Assembly (NCBI GenBank): GCA_045630965.1
Contig: JAZQTU010000006.1
Coordinates: forward strand, 16,567-80,566
From: Bacteroidaceae bacterium
GTDB taxonomy: Bacteria > Bacteroidota > Bacteroidia > Bacteroidales > Bacteroidaceae
Direction: 5' to 3'
DNA length: 64,000 nt
Shown here: positions 35,901-47,003 of the stretch, piece after piece
Layout of the letters: the number at the start of each line of letters is the position of its first letter
How positions within the stretch are numbered: the stretch's first letter is position 1
Notes under the pieces: model-generated
Databases searched by the model: none
The model's input: the letters and a program-made list of their open reading frames with translations, nothing else
What the model was told of the DNA's origin: nothing
Program-made: the position numbers and the translations under genes

Positions 35901-37512
35901 GGATTTACAGTCGATAATGGAAGCGCATTGCCGTTATGTGTTCAATAACAGGGATGCATCAAAACACCGTGGTGAGGTCTTTGGTAAATTCCGCAGTGCA
36001 ACTCTTGATGCTGAAGCTTATAGTAATCCGGATGATTATGCACGCCGTAAAAGGGATATGATACAGGAAGGCTCATATATGAAATGGACACCCGAAAAAT
36101 TCAAGGGGGCAAAATATCTTGTGAATTATCCCTATCTGCCTGCCAATATACAGGAAAGGATTATGAAGGAGACTGGAATGAGCGATGAGGCTCTTCGTAT
36201 GCAGAGTGAAGCGGCTAATTACCGTTTCGAGGGTAAGAAAGGAGCTAAAAACTACGGTAAAGCATATTATGAAGATATGGAAGAGGTGCTTGAGGATGCT
36301 GTATCCTTTGAGAAAGATGGTCTCTCTCCCTTGCAGATAAAGAAATTGACAGGCTGGGAGCGTGGCGCAGACGGTGAATGGCGTCGTGAAGTGTCGGAAT
36401 ATCCACGTCTGGTAAGAGATTATATATACGCTTCGCTGTTCGACAATAAACCGGAACTTGCAGAACTTTATAAAAAGATAAAGAAGGTGCCTTACGAAGC
36501 ATGGGGAGATACTGAAAAAGATGCTTGGGAGAGGGTTATGAAAGAGGGTAAACGTTATATGAAGAGGCCTGTTCTGCAGGATGTCGTCAACGACTTTGAA
36601 CTCTTTATCTCCTATCCCGAATTTGCAGCTATACCGGTAAGGATTGTTGAGGATGCTCCCTCGCTTGTACGTTACGACAGCAAGGCCAAGGAGATGGTAG
36701 TCGACAGGAAACTTTTTCTTTCTCCCGAGGCAAACGGCTATATGGCTGCAGCATTGCAGAATGTCATACAGGAGTATGAAGGGTTCAGCAAGGCGGTGTC
36801 GTTACGTCTGTTGTCGCTTGAAGGTAGGCTGGCAAAAAAATACAAGAATGCGCAGAAGTGCATTGCACTTGTAGACGGTGTGCGCAGAGAGTTGCCTTCC
36901 TTCGATGAGAATTCACAGATAGAACGCGCTTTTGAACGTGAATTTGGTATGGATATACAAACGTTCAAGAGAATGTATCCTACATACGATGACTATCTTT
37001 TCCATAAACTGACCGGGAAGAATTTCTCGTTCAGCGGTAATGTGGAGATGGAAAACGTACGCAAGCGTTACAAGATGAATGAAAAAGCCCGGAATTCTAC
37101 TCTTGCAGAAGAGACTGAATCGGTTCCTCGTGATAGGCAGGTGGTGGTAAAGAGGCTCGAAGACCTTGAAAAATATTTTACAGGACCGCTCGATGTTATT
37201 AACCGTTACGTGCACGATATACATTCTGACGAGCCTATGAAGGTGAGGTCGCTTGGAGGAAGGTTTGACAAGACAAAAGTGATGCCGGCCGAATTTGCTG
37301 AATTCGACAGTGAACTTGACAGTTATACCAAGTATCTTTTGCGTAATATGGTAAAGGAGAGGAGCGAAACCGGTGACTCTTACGGCTATAGGATGTATAA
37401 AGATCTAAAGGAACTTGGCAAAAAGGATATAAAGAAAAAGTTGGACAATTATGCAAAGGGTAGAGGTTGGTTCTGGAATATGAGTGATGATGACCTCAAT
37501 ATACTCAACTGA
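32959..37512 (+). CDS. Giant phage 'polyvalent'-type protein with zincin-like HExxH motif
   Basis: 1517-aa ORF immediately upstream of the portal gene. HEVVGH lies at 35602-35619 and TGWERGADGEWRRE at 36349-36390. Gly/Ala-rich hydrophobic segments span about aa 250-470. Confidence 0.6.
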   Translation: MISTNNDNRKKRSENKDVFNAGYENGLSLKGMEFGGEEHDMFATGMDAMKSRTAEKLNYLTAPANTKQQELAFRNSFADYMLPKDSQERHRRNYALSREALDDVVGDYYNNSLKRRFEMKREDAKRDGRNEYMRYTSVPGADPVNAYKASVRVDDPERVIDETMKSVDDDYLMKQVAPLASYGGYDAKEYVDNLVKPSLRDKMVKEYIDENTPRSSAEYVMRSAFDNSLMGKVGALGLAGDKSAKSNRLLASEGVANYDANRMENFAAGVGGLLVDTPAFSGFGRVSASIVGNGTRKAVEKISRNVLSRYKDRLVSKEFADGVARKVVVERLKNRIVQGATAQGLTLGGYDVANSVADDILYNGTVDPVKATGSFVKGFATGAAVGAVGTSMRARVNGLTSGKRLLSSAGVLSAESAVFTAGSELDKLAHGVEVEPIDLLYDYAESSATLLTMRMANWRPKGAAEKLDKEGHIKEELKLSKSQAQELREANVNPEEFMEMIEHELRIPSLSSSGARLLKENYAKLMADKNLSAASKSKLMYLVENKITSTPPVVFDYEVSQNEHGIWLVKMLDAGGGVVENLSFDNAGAAKSHLIKERAGIRRNRIAHFENELTSGINSYNFLHEAGLYAKEKGVSADILAEAMYKSARKEQLNSTEQFMIDEILARSSYHESQISSALSNARRNIEENYKLDRGALSAIVDKHYSNCTFTENMALDEYENFVRSEVERIKERASVPHPAAVLGMSNAEIKRREAEEYNQRLNNRLAVSDDAVTKQDAVFEKLRVIPENRPGHVWNVYGHELKKETVDEYERHASEFSSKFGQDIVFITDEHQIERPAVETPDAVREYNNRLHALGWVHKGKVYINLPNIKDHAELETTIVHEVVGHLGLKKLFGRYMYDFIEDVYKSADGSVRHGINKIRDAYGKTDMYTATEEYLASLVEKAYPNAQERNLLVRFKDFVKGMLIRHNIYKPKYRRVNEKDLQSIMEAHCRYVFNNRDASKHRGEVFGKFRSATLDAEAYSNPDDYARRKRDMIQEGSYMKWTPEKFKGAKYLVNYPYLPANIQERIMKETGMSDEALRMQSEAANYRFEGKKGAKNYGKAYYEDMEEVLEDAVSFEKDGLSPLQIKKLTGWERGADGEWRREVSEYPRLVRDYIYASLFDNKPELAELYKKIKKVPYEAWGDTEKDAWERVMKEGKRYMKRPVLQDVVNDFELFISYPEFAAIPVRIVEDAPSLVRYDSKAKEMVVDRKLFLSPEANGYMAAALQNVIQEYEGFSKAVSLRLLSLEGRLAKKYKNAQKCIALVDGVRRELPSFDENSQIERAFEREFGMDIQTFKRMYPTYDDYLFHKLTGKNFSFSGNVEMENVRKRYKMNEKARNSTLAEETESVPRDRQVVVKRLEDLEKYFTGPLDVINRYVHDIHSDEPMKVRSLGGRFDKTKVMPAEFAEFDSELDSYTKYLLRNMVKERSETGDSYGYRMYKDLKELGKKDIKKKLDNYAKGRGWFWNMSDDDLNILN

Positions 37513-37526
37513 TAAATTATGATGTT

Positions 37527-39431
37527 ATGAATAAGTTTCTTGATAAACGTGTCAAAGCGGGCACAAACATGCAGGTGCTTCCCGAAAAGAAGAGTTTCGG
37601 CGCAGCAAGGGAGTTTCTTGATGAATGTGCCGCCTGCTGGAATGCTCTTGATGAGGCTCGCCGCAAACTGCGGCGAAGCCTCATGTACAGCTACGGTGAC
37701 CAATGGGGTGACTATGTCACAGACCCAGACACTCTTTCTCAGATAACGGAAGGTGAACTGATTAAGAAAAACGGCAAGGTTCCGTTGAAGAACAACATGA
37801 TAGCCCCGATACTTAGTAATATCGATGGCCAATTACGCCAGAATCTCATGCGTCCGGTTTGTGTGGCACGTGACCAGACGGAATCCAAGGTCGGTGAGAT
37901 GATGTCTGTTGCGATAGAGTATGTCCATGACATCAATGAACTTGAAGAGTTGGATGCAGACTCAATGCGTATGCTGCTCAATGGCGGCATGATTGCCCAA
38001 AGGATAGAATACGGTGTAAATCCTGCAAAGGAACGTCGTGATGTGTGGGTGCATGGTGTCAATCCTTCGCGTCTGTTTTTCAATACCAATCTTGAGGATG
38101 TACGAATGTGGGATGTGACCTGTATCGGGGAAATTTTTGATTTGCCGCTTGATGAGGTCCTTGCACATTTTGGAACAACACCCGAAATGAAAACACTTAT
38201 TAAGGAGGCGTATGCACATGTCTCATCTTATGCCGACATCAACCGTGCCGTACAAGGTGACGAGTCGCGTAACCTTACGTTCTATACAGCGTCACGAAAG
38301 TCTCTCTGCCGTGTAATTCTCGGTTGGAAACTTGAATCGCGTGACGCCTACTATTGGAATGACGAGAAGAATGGTACATGGGGGTATTTGCCATATAATG
38401 ATGAGAGCAAAAAAGAACTTGATGAAGAGAATGAACGGCGTAGGCAGGAGAATTCTGGCAAGGGTGACGATGAGTTGTTGCTTGTCGATTACAGTTTTGC
38501 AACGGAACGTTACTGGTATTACCGTTATATGACTCCGTATGGTGACGTGCTTCAGGAAGGACGCAGTCCCTATTGGCATGGAGAACATAACTATGTCCTT
38601 CACATGTTTCCACTTGTACAGGGAAAACTGGGCAATTTCGTGGAGCAGTTCATTGACCAGCAGCGTGCAATCAACCGCACGGCTACACTTATTGATTTTA
38701 TTCGCGGTACCTCTTCGAAAGGTGTGCTTGTCGTTGACGACGATGCCTTTGAAAGCATGTCACGCGAGGATGTCATCGATGAGTATGTACGTTATAACGG
38801 CGTGCTTTTTGTCAAGCTCAAGCCGGGGCAGAGCATTGATGGTGTTGTGCGTCAGTACAATAGTGGAGCATCGGTTGCCGGTGACTTCGAATTGCTGAAC
38901 TTGCAGTTACGGTTGATAAATGAGATATCCGGTGTCAATTCGGCAATGCAGGGGCAGGCTCCAAAGGCTGGTACTCCGGCGTCATTATATGCCCAGCAGA
39001 TACAGAACTCGTCACTGAACCTTAAAGGGCTGTTTGACAGTTTCAGAACATTCCGTCGCCGTCGCGATACTAAAGTAATGAAGACGATACAACAGTTCTA
39101 CACCGAACAGCGTTATATCGATATTGCAGGCACACATTATTCTGAAGAGGCAAAATGGTATACCCCTGGAAAGGTACAGAATAGCGAAATTGACATTACC
39201 ATTTCCGAAGGTTACAATACTCCGGCATACCAGATGCTTGCAAATGATTTCCTTATGGAACTGTTCAGGTCGAATGCCGTGGATGTGAAGACAATGCTTG
39301 AGAATACTTCATTCCCATTTGCTGCCAAAATCCTTGAAGCTATAAAACGTAACGAGGAACAGCTAGCCAAAGGTGAACAACTCGAAGGTGTTCCTGAATA
39401 TTCACAAACAACTCCTATGCCAGCATTGTGA
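37527..39431 (+). CDS. Phage portal protein
   Basis: 634-aa ORF. The N-terminal LMYSYGDQWGDY... and NNMIAPILSNIDGQL blocks resemble podovirus-type portals. The acidic C-terminus and the size also fit. Confidence 0.65.
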   Translation: MNKFLDKRVKAGTNMQVLPEKKSFGAAREFLDECAACWNALDEARRKLRRSLMYSYGDQWGDYVTDPDTLSQITEGELIKKNGKVPLKNNMIAPILSNIDGQLRQNLMRPVCVARDQTESKVGEMMSVAIEYVHDINELEELDADSMRMLLNGGMIAQRIEYGVNPAKERRDVWVHGVNPSRLFFNTNLEDVRMWDVTCIGEIFDLPLDEVLAHFGTTPEMKTLIKEAYAHVSSYADINRAVQGDESRNLTFYTASRKSLCRVILGWKLESRDAYYWNDEKNGTWGYLPYNDESKKELDEENERRRQENSGKGDDELLLVDYSFATERYWYYRYMTPYGDVLQEGRSPYWHGEHNYVLHMFPLVQGKLGNFVEQFIDQQRAINRTATLIDFIRGTSSKGVLVVDDDAFESMSREDVIDEYVRYNGVLFVKLKPGQSIDGVVRQYNSGASVAGDFELLNLQLRLINEISGVNSAMQGQAPKAGTPASLYAQQIQNSSLNLKGLFDSFRTFRRRRDTKVMKTIQQFYTEQRYIDIAGTHYSEEAKWYTPGKVQNSEIDITISEGYNTPAYQMLANDFLMELFRSNAVDVKTMLENTSFPFAAKILEAIKRNEEQLAKGEQLEGVPEYSQTTPMPAL

Positions 39432-39479
39432 AAAAGAGATATTGATATAAAAAGAATTTTACCAATCTGCCGACATTGA

Positions 39480-41528
<2,049 letters not shown>

Positions 41529-41537
41529 AATTGTTTC

Positions 41538-41581
41538 AATAAAATAATGGCGCCGGGGCAACCCGGCGCCATTATTTTATT
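41538..41581 (+). terminator. Rho-independent terminator of ligA
   Basis: Perfect 20-bp stem AATAAAATAATGGCGCCGGG / CCCGGCGCCATTATTTTATT with loop GCAA. Confidence 0.85.
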
Positions 41582-41684
41582 GAAATGTTATTTTTTGTTA
41601 TGTGGCATGTGATTTCTTTAATTATTATATAATAATTAGTGAAATTTGATGTAATTTTGCATTCCTAAAATTTAGAATTGATTT

Positions 41685-42566
41685 ATGATGCGAAAAACAT
41701 GTAAAGGTATGGGCGTTGCCCTTATCACACCATTCACAAAAGAGGGCGAAGTTGATTATGCAACACTCGAGAAACTTGTGCAGATGCACTTGGATTGCGG
41801 CACTGATTTTCTCTGCGTTCTTGGCACTACTGCCGAGACTCCAACGTTGACAATTGAAGAAAAACGTGAAATTCGAAAGCGCGTCATAAAACAGGTTGAC
41901 GGTCGCATGCCTATCATGGTTGGCATTGGCGGCAACTGCACACGAGCAGTCGTTGAGGAACTCAAGAATGAGGACTTGACAGGTGTGGATGCAATTCTTT
42001 CGGTTGCACCTTATTACAACAAGCCTGTACAGGAGGGTATATATCAGCATTATAAGGCAGTAGCACAGGCTACAGACCTCCCGATATACATGTACAATGT
42101 TCCCGGACGTACCGGTGTGAACATATTGCCTTCAACAGTTGTACGTGTTGCAAAGGAATGTCCTAATATTGTCGGTTACAAGGCTGCATCGGGCAATCTT
42201 GCTCAAATAAAGGAACTTATCGCTGCAATGCCTGACCACTTTGACCTGTTTTCAGGCGATGACTCACTTACAGTAGATATTATGGAAGCCGGTGGAGTAG
42301 GTGTTATCTCTGTGTTCGGTAACGCATACCCCAAAGAGATGATAGAACTTGTAAGAGCAATGCAGGAGGGACGAGTAAGCGATGCACGTAACCAGCACGA
42401 CAAACTGAATGAATTGTTCCAGCTCATTTTTGTCGACGGTAATCCTTCGGGTGTAAAGGCGCTGATGAATATTCAGGGACGTGTTGAGAATGTACTACGT
42501 CTGCCGCTTGTTCCTGCATGTGATGATACATACAGCGATTTGGAACAGGCTATAACAATGCTTTGA
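41685..42566 (+). CDS. dapA: 4-hydroxy-tetrahydrodipicolinate synthase
   Basis: 293-aa ORF with GMGVALITPF and LGTTAETPTL, and a DapA-like overall pattern. The true start may be a few codons downstream. Confidence 0.9.
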   Translation: MMRKTCKGMGVALITPFTKEGEVDYATLEKLVQMHLDCGTDFLCVLGTTAETPTLTIEEKREIRKRVIKQVDGRMPIMVGIGGNCTRAVVEELKNEDLTGVDAILSVAPYYNKPVQEGIYQHYKAVAQATDLPIYMYNVPGRTGVNILPSTVVRVAKECPNIVGYKAASGNLAQIKELIAAMPDHFDLFSGDDSLTVDIMEAGGVGVISVFGNAYPKEMIELVRAMQEGRVSDARNQHDKLNELFQLIFVDGNPSGVKALMNIQGRVENVLRLPLVPACDDTYSDLEQAITML

Positions 42567-42570
42567 TGTT

Positions 42571-43353
42571 ATGGAACGGCTTAAGGTTTTGCTTGATGAG
42601 AAGGCTGCACAATACAATACACCGGCCTTTATCTCCAATGACCCTATAAGCTTTCCACATTCATTCACACGTCGTGAGGATATTGAGACTGTAGCCCTTT
42701 TGGCTTCGATAATAGCTTGGGGTAACCGCAAGATGATACTGCGTAGCGGTAACAGGATGTTCCATGAAATAATGCATTCCGAACCATACGAATTCGTTAT
42801 GAATGGCGAGTGGGAGAACCTTGATGACGGGGTTAACATCCACAGGACATTCTTTGTCTCCGATCTTAAATATATCTGTCGCGGTCTACGTTCGATATTT
42901 CTACGTTACGGCTCAATGGAGCCTTTGTTTACAGGTTGTTCCACTTGGGAAGGTATTGAACGCTTGCGTAATGAAATGGCCAATGCTAACGGTGGCGCAA
43001 CTACAAGACATATAAGCAATCCTGTAAGTGTCAAAGGTAAGCCCGGGTCGGCCTGTAAGCGAATGCATATGATGTTGCGTTGGCTTTGCCGCAAGGACGG
43101 TATAGTTGATTTGGGCATTTGGCAAGCTGTTTCGCCGTCACAACTTATGATACCAATTGATGTTCATGTAGCCCGCACTGCGCGTATATTGGGGCTTGTA
43201 ACACGCAAGCAGAACGACCGCCGCACAGTCGAGACACTTACAGAACGTCTGAGAGAACTCTCTCCCGAAGATCCTGTACGTTATGACTTTGCCCTCTTTG
43301 GAGTGGGAGAAGCTGGCGACAGTTTTATGGAGAACTTTATAAATGATAAATAA
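42571..43353 (+). CDS. TIGR02757/DUF2400-family protein
   Basis: 260-aa ORF. The N-terminal ...FISNDPISFPHSF...DIETVALLASIIAWGNRKMIL is as remembered for this family. Confidence 0.6.
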   Translation: MERLKVLLDEKAAQYNTPAFISNDPISFPHSFTRREDIETVALLASIIAWGNRKMILRSGNRMFHEIMHSEPYEFVMNGEWENLDDGVNIHRTFFVSDLKYICRGLRSIFLRYGSMEPLFTGCSTWEGIERLRNEMANANGGATTRHISNPVSVKGKPGSACKRMHMMLRWLCRKDGIVDLGIWQAVSPSQLMIPIDVHVARTARILGLVTRKQNDRRTVETLTERLRELSPEDPVRYDFALFGVGEAGDSFMENFINDK

Positions 43354-43385
43354 TTGCACCACAACGTGCATAAAACAGAATAAAA

Positions 43386-45662
43386 ATGGCAAAAATACTA
43401 AAAGAAGATGCACTGAACTACCATGAGGGGAAACGTCCGGGAAAGATAGAGGTAGTTCCTACAAAACCATATTTTACACAGACCGACCTTTCATTGGCTT
43501 ATTCACCCGGTGTAGCTGAGCCTTGTCTTGAGATTCAGAAAGACCCACAGAATGCCTACAAGTACACCGATAAGGGTAACCTTGTTGCTGTTATCTCCAA
43601 CGGTACTGCTGTGCTTGGCTTGGGTAATATCGGCGCTGTTGCAGGTAAACCTGTAATGGAGGGAAAAGGATTGCTTTTCAAGATATATGCAGGTATCGAC
43701 GTTTTCGATATTGAGGTAAACGAAGAGAACCCAGAAAAGTTCATTGAAGCTGTAAAGGCTATTGCTCCAACCTTTGGTGGTATCAATCTTGAGGATATCA
43801 AGGCTCCTGAATGTTTTGAAATTGAGCGTCGTCTAAAGGAGGAACTCGATATTCCTGTTATGCATGACGACCAGCATGGTACAGCAATCATTTCGGCAGC
43901 AGGTCTTTTGAACGCACTTGAAGTGAATGGCAAGAACATTGCTGATGTCAAGGTTGTTGTCAACGGTGCAGGTGCTGCAGCAATCTCATGTACAAAACTG
44001 TATATAGCCCTTGGCGTCAAGAAAGAGAATGTTGTTATGCTCGATAGCCGTGGAGTTATCAGTACATCACGTGGCAACCTGACTCCCGAAAAACTGGAGT
44101 TTGCTACCGAACGTACCGATATCGCAACTCTTGCTGACGCAATAAAGGATGCCGATGTCTTCCTTGGTCTTTCAAAGGGTAATGTCCTTTCAAAGGATAT
44201 GGTCCGTTCAATGGCAAAGGATCCGATAGTATTCGCTCTCGCAAACCCGGAACCGGAAATTACTTACGAGGATGCAATGGAGAGCCGTCCCGACGTACTT
44301 ATGAGTACAGGACGAAGTGACTATCCTAACCAGATAAACAACGTAATTGGCTTCCCTTACATATTCCGTGGTGCTCTTGACGTTGCAGCTACAGCTATCA
44401 ATGAGGAGATGAAGCTTGCTGCAGTGCATGCCATTGCCGACCTTGCGAAACAGCCTGTTCCTGAAATCGTCAATAAGGTATATAAGGTAAGACACTTGAC
44501 ATTCGGACGAGACTATTTTATTCCGAAACCGGTAGATCCACGTCTGCTTGTAGAGGTATCTACAGCTGTTGCAAAGGCTGCAATCGAGAGTGGAGTTGCA
44601 CGCAAGACCATTACCGATTGGGAAAAGTATAAAGAGCATCTTCTTGAATTCATGGGACGTGAGTCAAAACTCACTCAGCAGTTACATGACATGGCGCGTA
44701 CCGAAACACAGCGAGTTGTGTTTGCCGAAGGCGCTCATCCTTCAATGATGAAGGCTGCCGTACAGGCAAAAGAGGAGGGTATATGCCAGCCGATACTTTT
44801 AGGTAACGACGAGATTATCTCAAAACTTGCAAGCGAACTTGGTTTGAGCCTTGAAGGCATTGAGGTTGTAAACCTTCGTCATCCAAGTGAGCGCGAACGT
44901 CGTGAACGTTACGCAAAAATACTTGCTGACAAACGCCAGCGCGAAGGATATACAATAGAGGAGGCGAATGACAAGATGTTCGAACGCAACTATTTTGGTA
45001 TGATGATGGTTGAGACCGGTGATGCCGATGCATTCATAACAGGTCTTTACACCAAGTATTCAAACACTATCAAGGTTGCCAAAGAGGTTATCGGTATGCA
45101 GGAGGGATACAGTACCTTCGGTACAATGCATATTCTCAACTCAAAGAAAGGAACATACTTTGTTGCCGATACACTTATCAACCGTGCTCCGGAGACATCT
45201 ACTCTGATAGATATTGCACGTCTGGCCGAAAAGTCTGTACGTTTCTTTAATCACGAGCCTGTTATGGCAATGGTGTCATACTCAAACTTCGGAACAGACC
45301 AGGGTGGTAGTGCCGAAAGAGTACGTCAAGCAGTGTCACATATTCACAAGAATTATCCCGAATGGAAACTTGACGGTGAAATGCAGGTCAACGTTGCAAT
45401 GAACAGCGAACTGCGTGACAAGAAGTATCCGTTTACCAAATTGTTCGGTAAGGAAGTCAACACATTGGTGTTCCCTAACCTCAATTCGGCAAGTTCTTCA
45501 TACAAGATGTTGCAGGCACTATATCCTGACACCGAAATTATTGGACCTATCCAGATGGGATTGAACAAGCCTATCCACTTCATTGATTTTGAAAGCTCTG
45601 TACAGGAAATCCTGAATGTTACAGCTGTTGCTGCAATCGACGCAATGGTGAATAAGAAGTAA
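43386..45662 (+). CDS. maeB: NADP-dependent malic enzyme (malic enzyme + PTA-like domain)
   Basis: 758-aa ORF with an N-terminal malic-enzyme domain (LSLAYSPGVA, VISNGTAVLGLGNIG, NLEDIKAPECF, VVVNGAGAAA) and a C-terminal phosphate acetyltransferase-like domain. Confidence 0.9.
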   Translation: MAKILKEDALNYHEGKRPGKIEVVPTKPYFTQTDLSLAYSPGVAEPCLEIQKDPQNAYKYTDKGNLVAVISNGTAVLGLGNIGAVAGKPVMEGKGLLFKIYAGIDVFDIEVNEENPEKFIEAVKAIAPTFGGINLEDIKAPECFEIERRLKEELDIPVMHDDQHGTAIISAAGLLNALEVNGKNIADVKVVVNGAGAAAISCTKLYIALGVKKENVVMLDSRGVISTSRGNLTPEKLEFATERTDIATLADAIKDADVFLGLSKGNVLSKDMVRSMAKDPIVFALANPEPEITYEDAMESRPDVLMSTGRSDYPNQINNVIGFPYIFRGALDVAATAINEEMKLAAVHAIADLAKQPVPEIVNKVYKVRHLTFGRDYFIPKPVDPRLLVEVSTAVAKAAIESGVARKTITDWEKYKEHLLEFMGRESKLTQQLHDMARTETQRVVFAEGAHPSMMKAAVQAKEEGICQPILLGNDEIISKLASELGLSLEGIEVVNLRHPSERERRERYAKILADKRQREGYTIEEANDKMFERNYFGMMMVETGDADAFITGLYTKYSNTIKVAKEVIGMQEGYSTFGTMHILNSKKGTYFVADTLINRAPETSTLIDIARLAEKSVRFFNHEPVMAMVSYSNFGTDQGGSAERVRQAVSHIHKNYPEWKLDGEMQVNVAMNSELRDKKYPFTKLFGKEVNTLVFPNLNSASSSYKMLQALYPDTEIIGPIQMGLNKPIHFIDFESSVQEILNVTAVAAIDAMVNKK

Positions 45663-45680
45663 AACGAGATATTTTTCTAC

Positions 45681-45723
45681 AAAATGAACACTCCTGCAAC
45701 TTAGTTGCAGGAGTGTTCATTTT
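45681..45723. terminator. Bidirectional terminator between maeB and convergent MBL gene
   Basis: 17-20-bp stem (AAA)ATGAACACTCCTGCAAC / GTTGCAGGAGTGTTCAT(TTT) with a 3-nt loop. Confidence 0.85.
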
Positions 45724-46360
45724 ATCTTACATACATGTTGTATTTCTTTTCGAATCCTATGGTCGTCTTTTCGCTGTGACCTGGATAGACGACTGTGTCA
45801 TCGGGTAGGGCGAAGAGTCTCTCTCTTATCGCTGTTATAAGTTCCATGTGGTTGGAGTCGGGGAAGTCTGTACGTCCTATGCTTTGACAAAAGAGTGCGT
45901 CGCCGGTGAACAGTACCTTATGCTCTGGTATGTGATATGCGAGGCTGCCTGGAGAATGCCCGGGAACAGCTATTACATCTATCTGTTGGTTTCCGAAGGT
46001 GATTTTATCACCATTTTCAAGAATACGCCCCAAAGCAGGTATTTTTTCATCATATCTTATGCCGAATCTTGCAACGCGTTCGCTAATGCTTTCTGCCCAG
46101 CTCCAGTCCTTGTCGCTTGCCTCTGCTTTTACGCCGAATGTCTCCTCAATATATGCGTTGCCGAATATGTGGTCAAAATGCAGGTGGGTGTTGAGGTAAT
46201 GCTTTATTGCCAGTCCCTGACTCTGTACGAACAGTCTTATGCGCTCGCGTTCTTGGGGCATCCATGCTCCACAGTCGATAAGCACGGCTTCGTTGGTGTC
46301 GTCCCACAGAAGATAGCAATTGACCTCGATAGGGTTTACAACAAATGTCTTTATTTGCAT
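45722..46360 (-). CDS. MBL-fold hydrolase (glyoxalase II-like)
   Basis: The ATG at 46360 (MQIKTFVV...) is preferred because it avoids overlap with rsmG. HLHFDH is the HxHxDH motif, and GHSPGS is also present. Confidence 0.8.
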   Translation of the reverse strand: MQIKTFVVNPIEVNCYLLWDDTNEAVLIDCGAWMPQERERIRLFVQSQGLAIKHYLNTHLHFDHIFGNAYIEETFGVKAEASDKDWSWAESISERVARFGIRYDEKIPALGRILENGDKITFGNQQIDVIAVPGHSPGSLAYHIPEHKVLFTGDALFCQSIGRTDFPDSNHMELITAIRERLFALPDDTVVYPGHSEKTTIGFEKKYNMYVR

Positions 46361-46382
46361 GGCTTGTGGTCTGCTGTATTTA

Positions 46383-47003
46383 TTATATCTGTACGTAGAC
46401 AACCTTTTTGTCTTTGAAGTACTCTTCACTGAACCAGTTGCCGACTTCGATGATTTCGCTGCAGTTCTTGAATGCTCTGGTCTCTGCTGTCATGTCACCG
46501 CCTTTTAGGCATATGATTCCGTTGGGTAGTACGTTGTTCTGCTCCTTTGCTATGTTCTTACGGCATATCTTTACAAGGTCGGGCAACTGCATCACGGCAC
46601 GGCTTACAACGAAACTGTATTTGTCCTTGATCTCTTCGGCGCGGCTATGGCTTGTCTTTACATTAGTAAGCCCAATGCTCTGTGCTATCTCTGCTGCAAC
46701 ACGTACCTTCTTTCCAATGCTGTCGACAAGGTGAAAATCAACGTCTGGGAACATTATGGCAAGTGGTATGCCTGGGAAACCGCCTCCACATCCCATGTCC
46801 ATAATCTTTGTACCGGGCTTGAATGTAATGTATTTCGCAATGGCGAGCGAATGCAGTACATGGTGCAGGTAAAGATTCTCGATATCTTTGCGCGAAATGA
46901 CATTTATCTTGCTGTTCCAGTCGTAATAAAGGTCGTATAGCGCTGTAAACTGCTCTTCTTGTCTCTCGCTCAGGTTGGGGAAGTATTTTTTTATCGTCTC
47001 CAT
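46383..47003 (-). CDS. rsmG: 16S rRNA (guanine527-N7)-methyltransferase
   Basis: 206-aa ORF with SAM-binding MDMGCGGGFPGIPLAI and an RsmG/GidB-like N-terminus. Confidence 0.9.
   Translation of the reverse strand: METIKKYFPNLSERQEEQFTALYDLYYDWNSKINVISRKDIENLYLHHVLHSLAIAKYITFKPGTKIMDMGCGGGFPGIPLAIMFPDVDFHLVDSIGKKVRVAAEIAQSIGLTNVKTSHSRAEEIKDKYSFVVSRAVMQLPDLVKICRKNIAKEQNNVLPNGIICLKGGDMTAETRAFKNCSEIIEVGNWFSEEYFKDKKVVYVQI

Larger units (their letters stand above)
29182..39431. mobile_element. Phage-derived block A (accessory island, S24 repressor, cargo/polyvalent protein, portal)
   Basis: Gene content is listed below. The left part (29.2-31.0 kb) is strongly AT-rich in spot counts (about 20-30% G+C in the 60-nt lines counted, against about 50% in flanking genes). 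No integrase was found. Confidence 0.7.

Noticed and set aside
41582-41684. Possible lysine riboswitch upstream of dapA. T-box or leader elements upstream of trpS, tyrS and ileS were also considered.
   Set aside because: The leaders are short and AT-rich and lack the conserved helices of L-box or T-box elements.
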